Shown: positions 48,868-58,508, counted from the first letter of the stretch. The stretch: 61,438 nt of DNA from an uncultured bacterium (GCA_903934015.1 CAIZMI010000003.1:1-61438), one strand, 5' to 3'. A program made the numbers and translations. Notes: generated by a model not told the origin, from the letters alone.

Positions 48868-49028
48868 GAATCGCCCGCTATGTCAGCGGGCGCCCGCCGC
48901 GCTGGCGGGCGAACTTGGAACCCCAGAAGTAGAATTGCTGAAGCAATACACTTCTGGGCAGGCGTTGGCTTAAAAGGTTTGCCCGCTGTGTTAGCGGGCC
49001 ACTGCTCTACCAATTGAGCTATAGGCGC
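48868..49028 (-). pseudogene. Second tRNA-Lys copy interrupted by four palindromic insertions, 3' acceptor strand missing
   Basis: Removing the inserts restores sequence identical to 48781-48841. Confidence 0.9.
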
Positions 49029-49106
49029 GAACCTATTGAGATACTACAAAATATTTGTAAATCTCACTCCGTATTTAACACCAGATTATCGAAATTGGCA
49101 ATAAAA

Positions 49107-50129
49107 CTACCGATATCTTCCAACTATTGGTCCTGTTCGCGTACTTTTAGGCAGTGAATCAGGAAGTGTTTCAAGTAGTATTTTTTCTACGTCATCAAGT
49201 TGCAGGCTGGTCGGCGGAACACTATCGGATGCCGCTGCGCCACCATTTTGCAAGGTATTGGCAGCAGTATCGTAATACCACTCTTTAACAGCGTCGAGAC
49301 GACCGGTTTTTTCCAATTCCTGCTCAGTTGCTTCTAGTTCAATCCCCTTTTTAAGTGCTTCATCTTCACGAATTCGACGAATTGTAGCCCGAAAATCAAC
49401 GCGTGGCTTACGATCCTTGGTAATAACATTGATGTGGCCTGTCGAACGACGAACAACAACAATATCTGCTCTCACATCCTCAACAGCTCGCAAAAAACCT
49501 GCCATTGTAACGGAATCAGTTTCAATCATCACAACGTTTAAATCCTCACTGCCGGCACACATTTTCTTCACTGTCGCTTTCCCGGTTTTTTTCAATTCTT
49601 CGAATTCCATTGGCATCAAAACAGTACGCGTGTATTGCTCAAAATAATGTGCCTGAAACAATCGCTTAACGATATCAATTACGTAATCTGGGTGACCTGG
49701 ATAAGCTTTTACGAGATTCAATATCAAGGCAGGCAAACCAAACATACGATCGATAACATCTTTTGAAACAATTCCTCGACCCTCTAGGTCATCACGCTTG
49801 ACAAATGTTAGGAGTTTCTTCAGTGCTGGCATCTCGTCAATCTTCAAATATTTTGCAACAAGCGTAGAAGCGCAATCTGTTTTAACCGCGTCATGATTAT
49901 CATGGTGATGATGATCAAACTTCCCTTCACCCATATCAACTAGCAAAAAACCTTCTTTTTCCATCTCATCCGCCGTTTTCCCTTCCGGTTCCCTATCCCA
50001 TAATTCTATTTTTGCATCTTTTATGCCCGGAAAAAATTCTTCGCCAAATTCCTGCAACAAAAAAACCGCGCAAATATTGTCGGTGTGTAATCTTCGATAA
50101 ATGGCGATTGTGTGTATTGGTGTTGGCAT
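49107..50129 (-). CDS. DHH/MYG1-like metal-dependent phosphoesterase or nuclease
   Basis: HTD, LVDMGEGKFDHH, CASTLV, DD motifs. Confidence 0.7.
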   Translation of the reverse strand: MPTPIHTIAIYRRLHTDNICAVFLLQEFGEEFFPGIKDAKIELWDREPEGKTADEMEKEGFLLVDMGEGKFDHHHHDNHDAVKTDCASTLVAKYLKIDEMPALKKLLTFVKRDDLEGRGIVSKDVIDRMFGLPALILNLVKAYPGHPDYVIDIVKRLFQAHYFEQYTRTVLMPMEFEELKKTGKATVKKMCAGSEDLNVVMIETDSVTMAGFLRAVEDVRADIVVVRRSTGHINVITKDRKPRVDFRATIRRIREDEALKKGIELEATEQELEKTGRLDAVKEWYYDTAANTLQNGGAAASDSVPPTSLQLDDVEKILLETLPDSLPKSTRTGPIVGRYR

Positions 50130-50186
50130 GGACTAATAATAAGCTTCAATTGGAAATAATAGAAATCGATCACAATAAAAATTGTG

Positions 50187-50300
50187 GTCGTTGCGAGCCA
50201 TCGACAATTCGTGAGAATTGGCGAGGCGCGGCAACCCCCTCAGTATTCAGATACTGGAGATTGCTTCGCCTCCGCCCACTGGCGGATGGCTCGCAATGAC
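50187..50300. repeat. 114-bp palindromic element (GTCATTGCGAG...CTCGCAATGAC type)
   Basis: 16-bp terminal inverted repeat with one mismatch; internal GCAACC...GATTGC; contains TCCGCCCACTGGCGGA at 50271-86. Confidence 0.8.
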
Positions 50301-50313
50301 GTACTTTTTTCGC

Positions 50314-50368
50314 AAAAAAAATCGCCCGAGAAGTGATCGAGTGGAACATCCACTGACACTTCTCGGGC
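50314..50368 (-). terminator. Intrinsic terminator of the GC-rich gene
   Basis: GCCCGAGAAGTG...CACTTCTCGGGC stem followed on the minus strand by a T-run. Confidence 0.75.
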
Positions 50369-50399
50369 TAGGTTAAAGAACGGGGTAAAGCGCTGCGGC

Positions 50400-51413
50400 C
50401 TAGCGCTGGCTTTCGGGGAGCCAGTGCTTGTAATTCTGCTGGATGAGATCCAGCAGTTCCGATTCGCGGATCCGCGTCGGAGCCACGGCCCGACTCGCCG
50501 AGCCGTTGTGGATCTGCGGACTCGACGGTCGCTGGTCCAGGAACCACAAATTCGGTTCTCGAGCCACCAAAGCTCCCTGGAGCTTTTCGAAGCTTTGCGG
50601 CCCGTTGCACTGGATCGTCACGTTTCCCTTGCGATTACGGATCACAAGGACTCCAACGCGACGATTCTGTTTCCAGTAGGCACGCGCAACTTCGACATCG
50701 TCCGTGACGATCAGGTGACACGCCATCGTCTTGCCAGACTCGACGACGCCAACGAAGAATATTCGATTTGGCCGAATTTTTCCTGCCTTCTCGAACACCG
50801 CCTGCCGGTGTCTTTTGACTTTCTTGAACTGGTCGTCGAGAACATCGATGAGCTCTTCATCACTGACACCCGCCAGCTCGAGCATCCGCTCGAAGCTAGT
50901 CATGGAAAACGGGTTTTCCATGGCCTCGACTTGATTCAGCGCCTTGGCGCAGGCGTCGAAATACGTTTCGACACACTGCATGAGCAAGGTGACGACCCAG
51001 ATTCGATACTCGCGCGGCGGCAGATTCCGCGGGACCTCGTACAACCCACGGATGAGATCAACGATACTGCGGTTACCATCTTTCAGGCAACCGGTTCGAT
51101 TGTTCACTTCCAGCAGGTGAACAAGGAGTTCGATGCCGGGCAGGTTTTCATTTGTGAGACCTGCGTCCCGGGCCACGCGCTCCGTCGCGCTACCGAGATC
51201 CTCGATGCGGTTGTACGGTGACCGAACGTCGACGTCAATAGCGTCCTTCGGGACGCCATCCTCGTCTTCGAAGCAGATCCGATAGTCATCGGACGAAACT
51301 TCCGGGCCGAACTTGACGTAGATTGCGCACCACAGGGCGCACAACTTGTCCCACGTCAAGGTTTTCGGAACTAGAAACGAAACAACTGTGCTAACGGCGG
51401 TGGCTGCGGACAT
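50400..51413 (-). CDS. GC-rich divergent homologue of the adjacent DHH/MYG1-like protein, catalytic motifs lost
   Basis: Collinear blocks with 49107-50129; GAGGA Shine-Dalgarno; own promoter and terminator. Confidence 0.7.
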   Translation of the reverse strand: MSAATAVSTVVSFLVPKTLTWDKLCALWCAIYVKFGPEVSSDDYRICFEDEDGVPKDAIDVDVRSPYNRIEDLGSATERVARDAGLTNENLPGIELLVHLLEVNNRTGCLKDGNRSIVDLIRGLYEVPRNLPPREYRIWVVTLLMQCVETYFDACAKALNQVEAMENPFSMTSFERMLELAGVSDEELIDVLDDQFKKVKRHRQAVFEKAGKIRPNRIFFVGVVESGKTMACHLIVTDDVEVARAYWKQNRRVGVLVIRNRKGNVTIQCNGPQSFEKLQGALVAREPNLWFLDQRPSSPQIHNGSASRAVAPTRIRESELLDLIQQNYKHWLPESQR

Positions 51414-51615
51414 GGTAAAATCCTCATTTCTACCCCCTTAAAAGGGGGTTTCTGTTGGTAAGGAACAAAAGCGAGACAAAAACGTCGCGCTCTTTCCGGG
51501 TAATCCTGCCAGTGTGGTAGAATCGCCTGGAAAGGGCTTTGGGCTTCCCACTTCGCCTATTGGCTACGCGGGACAAGCTATAAAATGGCTACAAAAAGAT
51601 CAAAATCAAGAGATA

Positions 51616-51644
51616 AGTATACTCCCGTTGACGGATTTTGTCAA
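51616..51644 (-). promoter_or_regulatory. Near-consensus sigma70 promoter of the GC-rich gene
   Basis: Minus strand TTGACA, 17 nt, TATACT. Confidence 0.75.
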
Positions 51645-51698
51645 TGGTGCCGGTTTGTGGGATAATTAACACATATAAGGGTGTTTGTGACGCCGCGA

Positions 51699-51722
51699 GG
51701 GCGATTCATGAATCGCCCCTAC
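51699..51722 (-). repeat. GTAG-type REP palindrome, copy 2
   Basis: Minus strand GTAG-GGGCGATTCATGAATCGCCC; compensatory change relative to 10590-10613. Confidence 0.75.
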
Positions 51723-51745
51723 ACGACCAATATTAATAAACCAAC

Positions 51746-52393
51746 ATGCAACAAAAAACTAAGCGCTTCGCTTTATTCACCACTATCTTGTCGGCAATTA
51801 TTGTCGCGGTTTTTTGTCTGGCTTACCTTACTGCCAACGCGTCTAATCGCTATAATTTTTCCGGACAAGGAATCGTGAGTGAAAATAATTTAAACGAAAA
51901 ATATATTCGTATCTCGTTTAAACAAATTTCCAAGCAAGCTGTAAGTTTGGCCGGCACGGAACCGGTTACAATCCGTGTGAATCAGGCGAAGGTATATATG
52001 CCAAATGCTGCGGGTGTATTATTAAAGTTCAATCAAGACAAAATTGGGGTCGGCACACTGGTTACAGTTTACGGTGCCGTTAAGTCGGACAACACTTTTT
52101 CCGCCAGCAAAGTGACAATTGTCCCGCGTAAATTTAAAATTCGTGGCAAATTAATTGCCATGCGAAAAGACTCCCATGTTTTTACCGTTGATGTTTCCGC
52201 AAGCACCTATCAACCGACAAAATATGCTGGCAAATCTCTCGAAATTTTATATACGGATAAAACGACAGTGACCCAATCGGGTGGAAAAAAAGATATCGCA
52301 AAAGTTGAGCCTTTGAATCAGCGTGTGATTATTAATGGAAATATTGTGGGAGACGATGTGTTTGAGGCAGTTCAACTCAATGATCCACTGTGA
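51746..52393 (+). CDS. Secreted protein with two tandem OB-fold-like (DUF5666-like) repeats
   Basis: Signal/TM segment; repeated F...G.......V.V.G......F.A pattern. Confidence 0.6.
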   Translation: MQQKTKRFALFTTILSAIIVAVFCLAYLTANASNRYNFSGQGIVSENNLNEKYIRISFKQISKQAVSLAGTEPVTIRVNQAKVYMPNAAGVLLKFNQDKIGVGTLVTVYGAVKSDNTFSASKVTIVPRKFKIRGKLIAMRKDSHVFTVDVSASTYQPTKYAGKSLEILYTDKTTVTQSGGKKDIAKVEPLNQRVIINGNIVGDDVFEAVQLNDPL

Positions 52394-52411
52394 TAAAAAA
52401 TATTGTCCTAA

Positions 52412-52537
52412 AAATTTTCAATTATCAATTTTGCAATTTTCAAATAATTTTCAATGTTTAATGTTCAATAACGACGTCGCTTTTGAAAATTAAGAATTGA
52501 TAATTATTTGAAAATTGGTTATTGGAAATTGAAAATT
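52412..52537. repeat. AT-rich heptamer palindromic element, copy 2
   Basis: AATTTTC-type units, central ACGACGTCG, GAAAATT-type units; inverted homologue of 41924-42063. Confidence 0.85.
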
Positions 52538-52593
52538 AATGGCTAAAAAATACAACTGATTTCTGTTTATGTAGGAACAATGTTTATAAAATT

Positions 52594-53712
52594 TTACCCA
52601 AAGAAGCCTTTTTTCTTCCCTGCTTCCTCAAACTCTCTAAGCAACTCTTCTTGTCTCTTGGAGACTTTTTTGGGCACATCTACAAGGACTTTCAGTATTT
52701 GATCACCACGACGATCTGTCGCCCCGTGCTTGATTCCTTTTTCAATGATTCTGAATTCCGCTCCGGGTTGAGTTCCTTTTGGAATTTCAAATTCAGTCTC
52801 TCCATCAACAGTATTAACATTAGTTATTCCACCCAAGACAGCGGTAACAAACGGAACGTGTGTTTCAGTATGAATATTGAAACCTTGTCGCGCGAATTGC
52901 TTATCTTCTTTTACTGATACGGCAATATATAAATCACCAACTGAACCACCAAATTTAGGCGCGTCACCTTCACCGGCAATCCTAATTCTTGTGCCATTTT
53001 CTATTCCGGCGGGAATTTTAATTACTAAAGTTTCCAGTTGACGAGTACGTCCTTCGCCATGACATTCTTTACATTTCGCTTCCGCTTTCTTTCCCTCACC
53101 GTGACAATCCGAACATTCCGCTTCCTGCACCATGGTGCCGAGAATCGTTCGTACTTGTTGGCGCACAACACCGGAACCCTTACATGTGCCGCAGGTAACA
53201 ATTTTTGTACCTGGTTCCGCGAGATTTCCTTTACAACGCGTACAAGTGCGATTGCGATTTAGAGAGACTTCCCTTTTTGCACCAAAAACCATTTCTTTAA
53301 AACTGATTAACATGTCAATTTGTAAATCCGAACCGCGATTTCGTTCACGGGCGCTTGTTCGACTACGTCCACCCCCACCGCCACCAAAAAACTGTGAGAA
53401 GATATCACCAAAACCACCCAGGTCTTCAAAGTTTACGTCAAATCCTTGATTACCAAATGGATTACCGCCAAAACCACCAGCACCGCCACCATTTCGCCCC
53501 GCATCCTCGAATGTTTGTCCATATTGGTCATATTGTTGCTTCTTTTCCCTGTTACCTAAAACCTGGTAAGCCTCGTTTACTTCCTTAAATTTCTCCTGAT
53601 CACCACCTTTATCGGGGTGGTGTTGATGAGCAGCCTTACGATAGGCCTTTTTAATATCTTCCTCGGATGCTCCTTTTTGAACTCCGAGAACTGAGTAGTA
53701 GTCTTTGGGCAT
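52594..53712 (-). CDS. dnaJ: Chaperone DnaJ
   Basis: J domain HPD, G/F-rich region, four CxxCxGxG-type repeats. Confidence 0.98.
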   Translation of the reverse strand: MPKDYYSVLGVQKGASEEDIKKAYRKAAHQHHPDKGGDQEKFKEVNEAYQVLGNREKKQQYDQYGQTFEDAGRNGGGAGGFGGNPFGNQGFDVNFEDLGGFGDIFSQFFGGGGGGRSRTSARERNRGSDLQIDMLISFKEMVFGAKREVSLNRNRTCTRCKGNLAEPGTKIVTCGTCKGSGVVRQQVRTILGTMVQEAECSDCHGEGKKAEAKCKECHGEGRTRQLETLVIKIPAGIENGTRIRIAGEGDAPKFGGSVGDLYIAVSVKEDKQFARQGFNIHTETHVPFVTAVLGGITNVNTVDGETEFEIPKGTQPGAEFRIIEKGIKHGATDRRGDQILKVLVDVPKKVSKRQEELLREFEEAGKKKGFFG

Positions 53713-53717
53713 TTTTA

Positions 53718-53806
53718 TAGTATTGAGTATTTAGTATGTTGTATGCGGTATGAAGTATCGAACGAAAATCGCATACAACATACCGCATACTTAATACAAC
53801 ATACTA
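53718..53806. repeat. Heptamer (NNNGTAT / ATACNNN) inverted array between dnaK and dnaJ
   Basis: TAGTAT-TGAGTAT-TTAGTAT-GTTGTAT-GCGGTAT-GAAGTAT then ATACAAC-ATACCGC-ATACTTA-ATACAAC-ATACTA. Confidence 0.8.
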
Positions 53807-53807
53807 A

Positions 53808-55724
53808 TTATTTCTTCTCCGCTTCTCCTTCTACTGTTTTTCCTTCACCGGGTTTTTCAGCTGTACCATCTTGCGTTTTTGTCGCATCTTCCGGTTTTGG
53901 AGCTTGTTGTTGCTGTTGATACATTGCCGCGCCGGCTTTTTGCACTGTTTGATCTAATTCATCGCAGGCTTTCTTTAGAGCCGTAAAATCAATTTTATCC
54001 ATTTCCACTTGTGCTGTCTTTTTTACAGCCTCAAGTTTTTCTGTAATTTCCTTTTTGACATCTTCGGTTAATTTTTCACCGGTATCCTTAAGGAATTTTT
54101 CAGTCGAATAGATCATTGTTTCAGCCTTATTTTTTTCTTCGACTTTATCCTTGCGGGCTTTATCTTCAGTGGCGTGCGCCTCGGCTTCTTTCTGCATCCG
54201 TTCCACTTCCGATTTGGAAACGCCGGATGAACCCTGAATCGTAATTTTTTGTTCACGGTTCGTGGCTTTATCTTTTGCCGATACTGTTAAAATACCGTTT
54301 GCATCAATATCAAAAGTTACTTCAATTTGTGGAATACCGCGTGGTGCCGGTGGAATTCCATCCAATATAAAACGCCCAAGTGATTTATTATCCACAGCCA
54401 TTTCACGTTCACCTTGTAGAACATGAATTTCTACTTGTGGTTGACTGTCGGCCGCTGTTGAGAACACTTGGTTCTTCTTCGTTGGAACAGTCGTGTTTTT
54501 AGTAATCAATGGTGTACGAATACCACCCATTGTTTCGATTCCAAGCGTTAATGGTGTGACGTCGAGCAATAAAACGTCTTTTACGTCGCCTTGTAAAATT
54601 CCACCTTGAATGGCTGCGCCGATCGCTACCACTTCATCCGGATTCACATCTTTGTGGGCTTTTTTGCCAAAGAATTTTTCAACCAATTCTACCACGCGTG
54701 GCATTCTGGTCATTCCTCCCACTAAAACCACCTCATCAATATCGGAAGCGGTAAATTTAGCTTCAGAAATTGCCTTACCCATAATTTCAATCGATTTATC
54801 GATGTAATCTCCGACCAGTTCTTCCATTTTGGCGCGGGTCAATTTCAACAATAAATGCTTTGGGCCGGACGCATCGGTAGTGATAAACGGTTGATTAATT
54901 TCCGTCTCCATTGTCGTAGAAAGCTCAATTTTGGCCTTTTCCGCGGCTTCCTTGAGACGTTGCAGTGCGACTTGGTCCTTTGTTAAATCAATCCCATATT
55001 GTTTTAGAAATTCATCGGCAATCCAATCGATAATTTTTTGATCAAAATCATCACCACCCAAATGTGTGTCGCCATGGGTCGACTTAACCTCAATCGTTTC
55101 CGCTGAAACTTCCAATACAGAAACATCGAATGTTCCGCCACCCAAATCATAGACGACAATTTGTTCTTCTTTCTTTTTATCAAGACCATAAGCCAGCGCG
55201 GCAGCTGTGGGTTCATTAATAATGCGTTGCACTTTAAAACCTGCCACGGTTCCCGCGTCTATTGTCGCTTTGCGTTGCGAGTCGTCGAAATAAGCCGGTA
55301 CGGTAATCACGGCATCCGTAATTTTTTCGCCCAATCTTTCTTCCGCATCAACTTTTAGTTTTTGCAATACCATCGCGGAAATTTCCAACGGTTTATACCA
55401 TTTGTCGCCCATTTTGACTTCGGCGTAACCATCCGCACCTTCTTTTACCTCATAAGGCAAAAGTTCTTTGTCTTTTTGCACTTCGGGATCGCTGAATTTA
55501 CGCCCCATCAAACGCTTTATAGAATAAAGCGTATTTTCGGCATTGGTAACAGCTTGACGTTTGGCGGTAACTCCAACCAAGCGTTCGTTGTTGCGTGACA
55601 TTGCCACAACTGATGGTGTGGTTCGCGCGCCCTCATGATTTTCCAAAACTCGTGGCTTACCGCCTTCGATTACTGACATGCATGAATTGGTTGTTCCTAA
55701 ATCGATTCCTAATATTTTTGACAT
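53808..55724 (-). CDS. dnaK: Chaperone DnaK
   Basis: [30 protein letters not shown]. Confidence 0.99.
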   Translation of the reverse strand: MSKILGIDLGTTNSCMSVIEGGKPRVLENHEGARTTPSVVAMSRNNERLVGVTAKRQAVTNAENTLYSIKRLMGRKFSDPEVQKDKELLPYEVKEGADGYAEVKMGDKWYKPLEISAMVLQKLKVDAEERLGEKITDAVITVPAYFDDSQRKATIDAGTVAGFKVQRIINEPTAAALAYGLDKKKEEQIVVYDLGGGTFDVSVLEVSAETIEVKSTHGDTHLGGDDFDQKIIDWIADEFLKQYGIDLTKDQVALQRLKEAAEKAKIELSTTMETEINQPFITTDASGPKHLLLKLTRAKMEELVGDYIDKSIEIMGKAISEAKFTASDIDEVVLVGGMTRMPRVVELVEKFFGKKAHKDVNPDEVVAIGAAIQGGILQGDVKDVLLLDVTPLTLGIETMGGIRTPLITKNTTVPTKKNQVFSTAADSQPQVEIHVLQGEREMAVDNKSLGRFILDGIPPAPRGIPQIEVTFDIDANGILTVSAKDKATNREQKITIQGSSGVSKSEVERMQKEAEAHATEDKARKDKVEEKNKAETMIYSTEKFLKDTGEKLTEDVKKEITEKLEAVKKTAQVEMDKIDFTALKKACDELDQTVQKAGAAMYQQQQQAPKPEDATKTQDGTAEKPGEGKTVEGEAEKK

Positions 55725-55761
55725 ATTTTTTTGATTAATAATTTAATAAATAATTAACATC

Positions 55762-56376
55762 TTAAATTCCGCCTTGATCAGGGTCCGACCCTGGACAGGC
55801 TTGCTCCAGGGTCGGACCCTGGTTGGCAACGTCGGCCGGTGGAGATTCTGCTGTTGGCACATCACTCGGATTATCCGACACTTTCACCTTCGCCGGTCGC
55901 AGAACCTTGTTTCCCAGCTGATACCCCTTACTCACTACCGCGATAACCGTTCCGGGCGGTTTCGTTTTGTCGATAACATGCTCTACAGCTTCGTAAAATT
56001 TTGGATCAAAGGGTACGGCTATCGCATCAATCGGCTCTACTCCTTGAGTTTGCAACGCATTAAGGAATGCTTTTTGAATGTTCGTCATCCCAATCACCCA
56101 CTCATTCTTGCTTATCTCCTCCGGAATAGCGGAAAATGCGGCGTCAAAGTAATCCAGAACTTGCAACATTGATCTTAAGGCCTCTTCCGTCCCGTTCATT
56201 CGCGCCTTAATATTCTCTTCCCCCATTCTTCGGTGCAGATTTTCATAATCCGCCATTGCCCGCTTCCATCCCGCTAAATTTGTTTCTGCTTCTTCTTTTA
56301 ATATCATCTCTTCTTCGTTAGGAGTTATGTGACTGTGAATTTTTTGCGCTTTATCGCCCCTCCTGAGAATATTCAT
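55762..56376 (-). CDS. grpE: Nucleotide exchange factor GrpE with repeat-derived C-terminal tail
   Basis: RAMADYENL, FDP..YEAV, KGYQL..KVLRPAKVKV. Confidence 0.95.
   Translation of the reverse strand: MNILRRGDKAQKIHSHITPNEEEMILKEEAETNLAGWKRAMADYENLHRRMGEENIKARMNGTEEALRSMLQVLDYFDAAFSAIPEEISKNEWVIGMTNIQKAFLNALQTQGVEPIDAIAVPFDPKFYEAVEHVIDKTKPPGTVIAVVSKGYQLGNKVLRPAKVKVSDNPSDVPTAESPPADVANQGPTLEQACPGSDPDQGGI
55779..55821. repeat. GGTCCGACC-family palindrome, copy 3, inside the grpE coding sequence
   Basis: Perfect 17-bp inverted repeat CAGGGTCCGACCCTGGA / TCCAGGGTCGGACCCTG with a 9-nt loop. Confidence 0.8.
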
Positions 56377-57095
56377 TCTTCTCTCCCCTCATTTTCGATT
56401 ATGTTTGCAAAGGCATTTAGAAGCTGGATGTTGTGCTCATAGCGCATTCTGGTTGGTCCAATAATTGCCAGTAGACCTCGTTCACCGCTTGGCAAATCAC
56501 AGGCGGCTAAAATCATGCTGACATGCTTTACGTCCGCAAATGGATTTTCACCACCGATATATACTTGCGGAATCTTATTTAATTTTGAAACAAGATCATC
56601 ATAATTATCTTCCAAAACATCCAATATCCTTGAAACATCCAATAAACATTCGGCATCAGCGAATTCCGGTTCCCTGATTAGTTCCGGAAGTCCTGCCTCG
56701 TGAAACTCATCGCGGTCTATTAATCCAGCAATCGCCATATTTTGTGATAATCCAGCCAAAAGCTTTGCTGTTCCTCTCGCAAGACGATTATGCTGGGCGC
56801 GAGTACTCAAAAGCTCTGATTTTAGGCGGTTAATTTCATTTTTAGTGAGATATTCATCTTTTATAGTTTCATCGACAAAATAACGGTATCCTTTATCTGT
56901 CGGAGTGCGACCGGCCGAAGTGTGTGGTTGCATCAAATATCCGGCATCTTCTAACCATGACAGTTCAGCACGGACAGTAGCCGAGCTGTACGGAAAATTA
57001 TAATTTTCCGTTAACGATTCCGAACCGATAGGTTCGGCGGTTTTAATATATTCCCTAACCAGGGCTTTTAATATTTTATCTTGTCTTTCGGTCAT
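56373..57095 (-). CDS. hrcA: Heat-inducible transcription repressor (short form)
   Basis: EYIKTAEPIGS, SSATVR, QPHTSAGRTPTDKGYRYFVD, IIGPTRMRY. Confidence 0.96.
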   Translation of the reverse strand: MTERQDKILKALVREYIKTAEPIGSESLTENYNFPYSSATVRAELSWLEDAGYLMQPHTSAGRTPTDKGYRYFVDETIKDEYLTKNEINRLKSELLSTRAQHNRLARGTAKLLAGLSQNMAIAGLIDRDEFHEAGLPELIREPEFADAECLLDVSRILDVLEDNYDDLVSKLNKIPQVYIGGENPFADVKHVSMILAACDLPSGERGLLAIIGPTRMRYEHNIQLLNAFANIIENEGREE

Positions 57096-57127
57096 TAGTT
57101 TCTTGATGATTTATATAATAATCCATT

Positions 57128-57154
57128 TTAGCACTCTCGGCAATAGACTGCTAA
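57128..57154. promoter_or_regulatory. CIRCE operator (HrcA binding site)
   Basis: TTAGCACTC-N9-GACTGCTAA, one mismatch to the consensus, upstream of hrcA; TTGACA on the minus strand at 57179-84. Confidence 0.93.
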
Positions 57155-57242
57155 TTATGCTAATGTTTTTTAAAATCATGTCAAGAGAATAAAAAAACCA
57201 CCCCTGACTGGGCGGTTGACCGGTTTTATTCCGATGGCCTAT

Positions 57243-57491
57243 TTAGCCATCGCGCTTGCGTATTGGATGTAGTGTACCATATGGATTTCCTTGATAAATT
57301 CCAAGATAATCCCTGTGGCAAAAAAGGGTAAATCTCTCGTCTGTGCCACACTCAACCAAGAATGGGGCAATATCTCGCGACCATGGCCCGGATTCCCAAA
57401 ACTCGATATTTCCATTTCCCTCCAGGGCACATTGGAAGCAACGATTCATACTTCCATCTGGGTGTACAATGGCTTTGTAAAGAATGAGCAT
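57243..57491 (-). CDS. Small orphan protein (82 aa) in a self-contained expression unit
   Basis: Purine-rich SD region AAGGAGAAGGAGAGGAA before ATG; minus-strand TTGACA near 57570; hairpin plus T-run at ~57191-57218. Confidence 0.55.
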   Translation of the reverse strand: MLILYKAIVHPDGSMNRCFQCALEGNGNIEFWESGPWSRDIAPFLVECGTDERFTLFCHRDYLGIYQGNPYGTLHPIRKRDG

Positions 57492-57881
57492 TTCCTCTCC
57501 TTCTCCTTGTTGAATCAATATTAATAAACCCGACTGAACGAAACATAAACATACATTGATTTGATTGTCAATATTCTCGTATTCTATTTCTTAATTGCTC
57601 ACTCATGTGAAAGTTAGAAGATTGCAATAAATACCTGAAAAACCACCACCCCCGAGACATTGGGAGTCCATACGCTGTCATTGCGTGGATTCTCGCTTTC
57701 GCGGGAAAGGATGCTTTTATAGAATTTTGTGTGTAATTAGATCAACTTTCAAACCGTTTAGGAGTTACACGGCATCCGTTCACAAAATTGTTCCCACAAA
57801 TTCACAATAAACACCATAGACAAGATCTGCATTAAGTGTTATGTAGGAGGCAATAAGTCTTCACTCTTCTCTCGTATTTCA

Positions 57882-58508
57882 ATGCAAAAACAACTTTTAA
57901 CTATCGCATTTATTGGAATCATCATAATAGGCGCGGTCACCGCCGGTGGGTATTATTTAGGTAAAGTCATCCAAAACCCAAAAACCACACCATCTCCTTC
58001 GGACTTACCACTTATTAATGAGTCAGTTGAATTGCCGAAATCATCTCTTTCCCCAACCCCAACTGAACCAGCACTACTCCCGACAGCTCCACCTAAAACA
58101 ACAACAATAAATCAACAACAAGTACAAGGTTCCGCGACGGTAAAAAAATCAACTCCCATTACAGCAGGAACTGGTCCAACAACAACAAAAGATGTATCAA
58201 TTCGTTTTATAGACGCACCAGCACAAATTAAATCTGGACAATCCTTTGTCGTAAGCTGGTTTGTTGATGGACCTGTTGGCATGATGGGCGACATTACGCG
58301 TCTTTCGTCAGATTTCAATTCAAATGGTTCATCCGGTTCTTCAAGTTCAACATCCTCGTCACAATCATTTGGCGCGTTTCAAATTCCGCAAAAATTTCAG
58401 TCTAACGTGACATTTAGCGGTAATTCCGGACTGATTTTGCTTAAAGTAACCGCGGAAGTAAACGGAAAAACCTATACTGCCACAAAATCTGCCCAATTGA
58501 TTAAATAA
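57882..58508 (+). CDS. Hypothetical membrane-anchored Pro/Thr/Ser-rich surface protein
   Basis: N-terminal TM segment, P/T linker, C-terminal beta-rich domain. Confidence 0.7.
   Translation: MQKQLLTIAFIGIIIIGAVTAGGYYLGKVIQNPKTTPSPSDLPLINESVELPKSSLSPTPTEPALLPTAPPKTTTINQQQVQGSATVKKSTPITAGTGPTTTKDVSIRFIDAPAQIKSGQSFVVSWFVDGPVGMMGDITRLSSDFNSNGSSGSSSSTSSSQSFGAFQIPQKFQSNVTFSGNSGLILLKVTAEVNGKTYTATKSAQLIK

Noticed and set aside
48868-49028. Functional intron-containing tRNA
   Set aside because: The 3' acceptor strand and part of the T stem are absent, and the inserts are too small for self-splicing introns; kept as a pseudogene.
50424-51221. 265-aa + strand ORF opposite the GC-rich gene
   Set aside because: Antisense shadow caused by high GC; the minus-strand ORF has the SD, promoter, terminator and homology to its neighbour.
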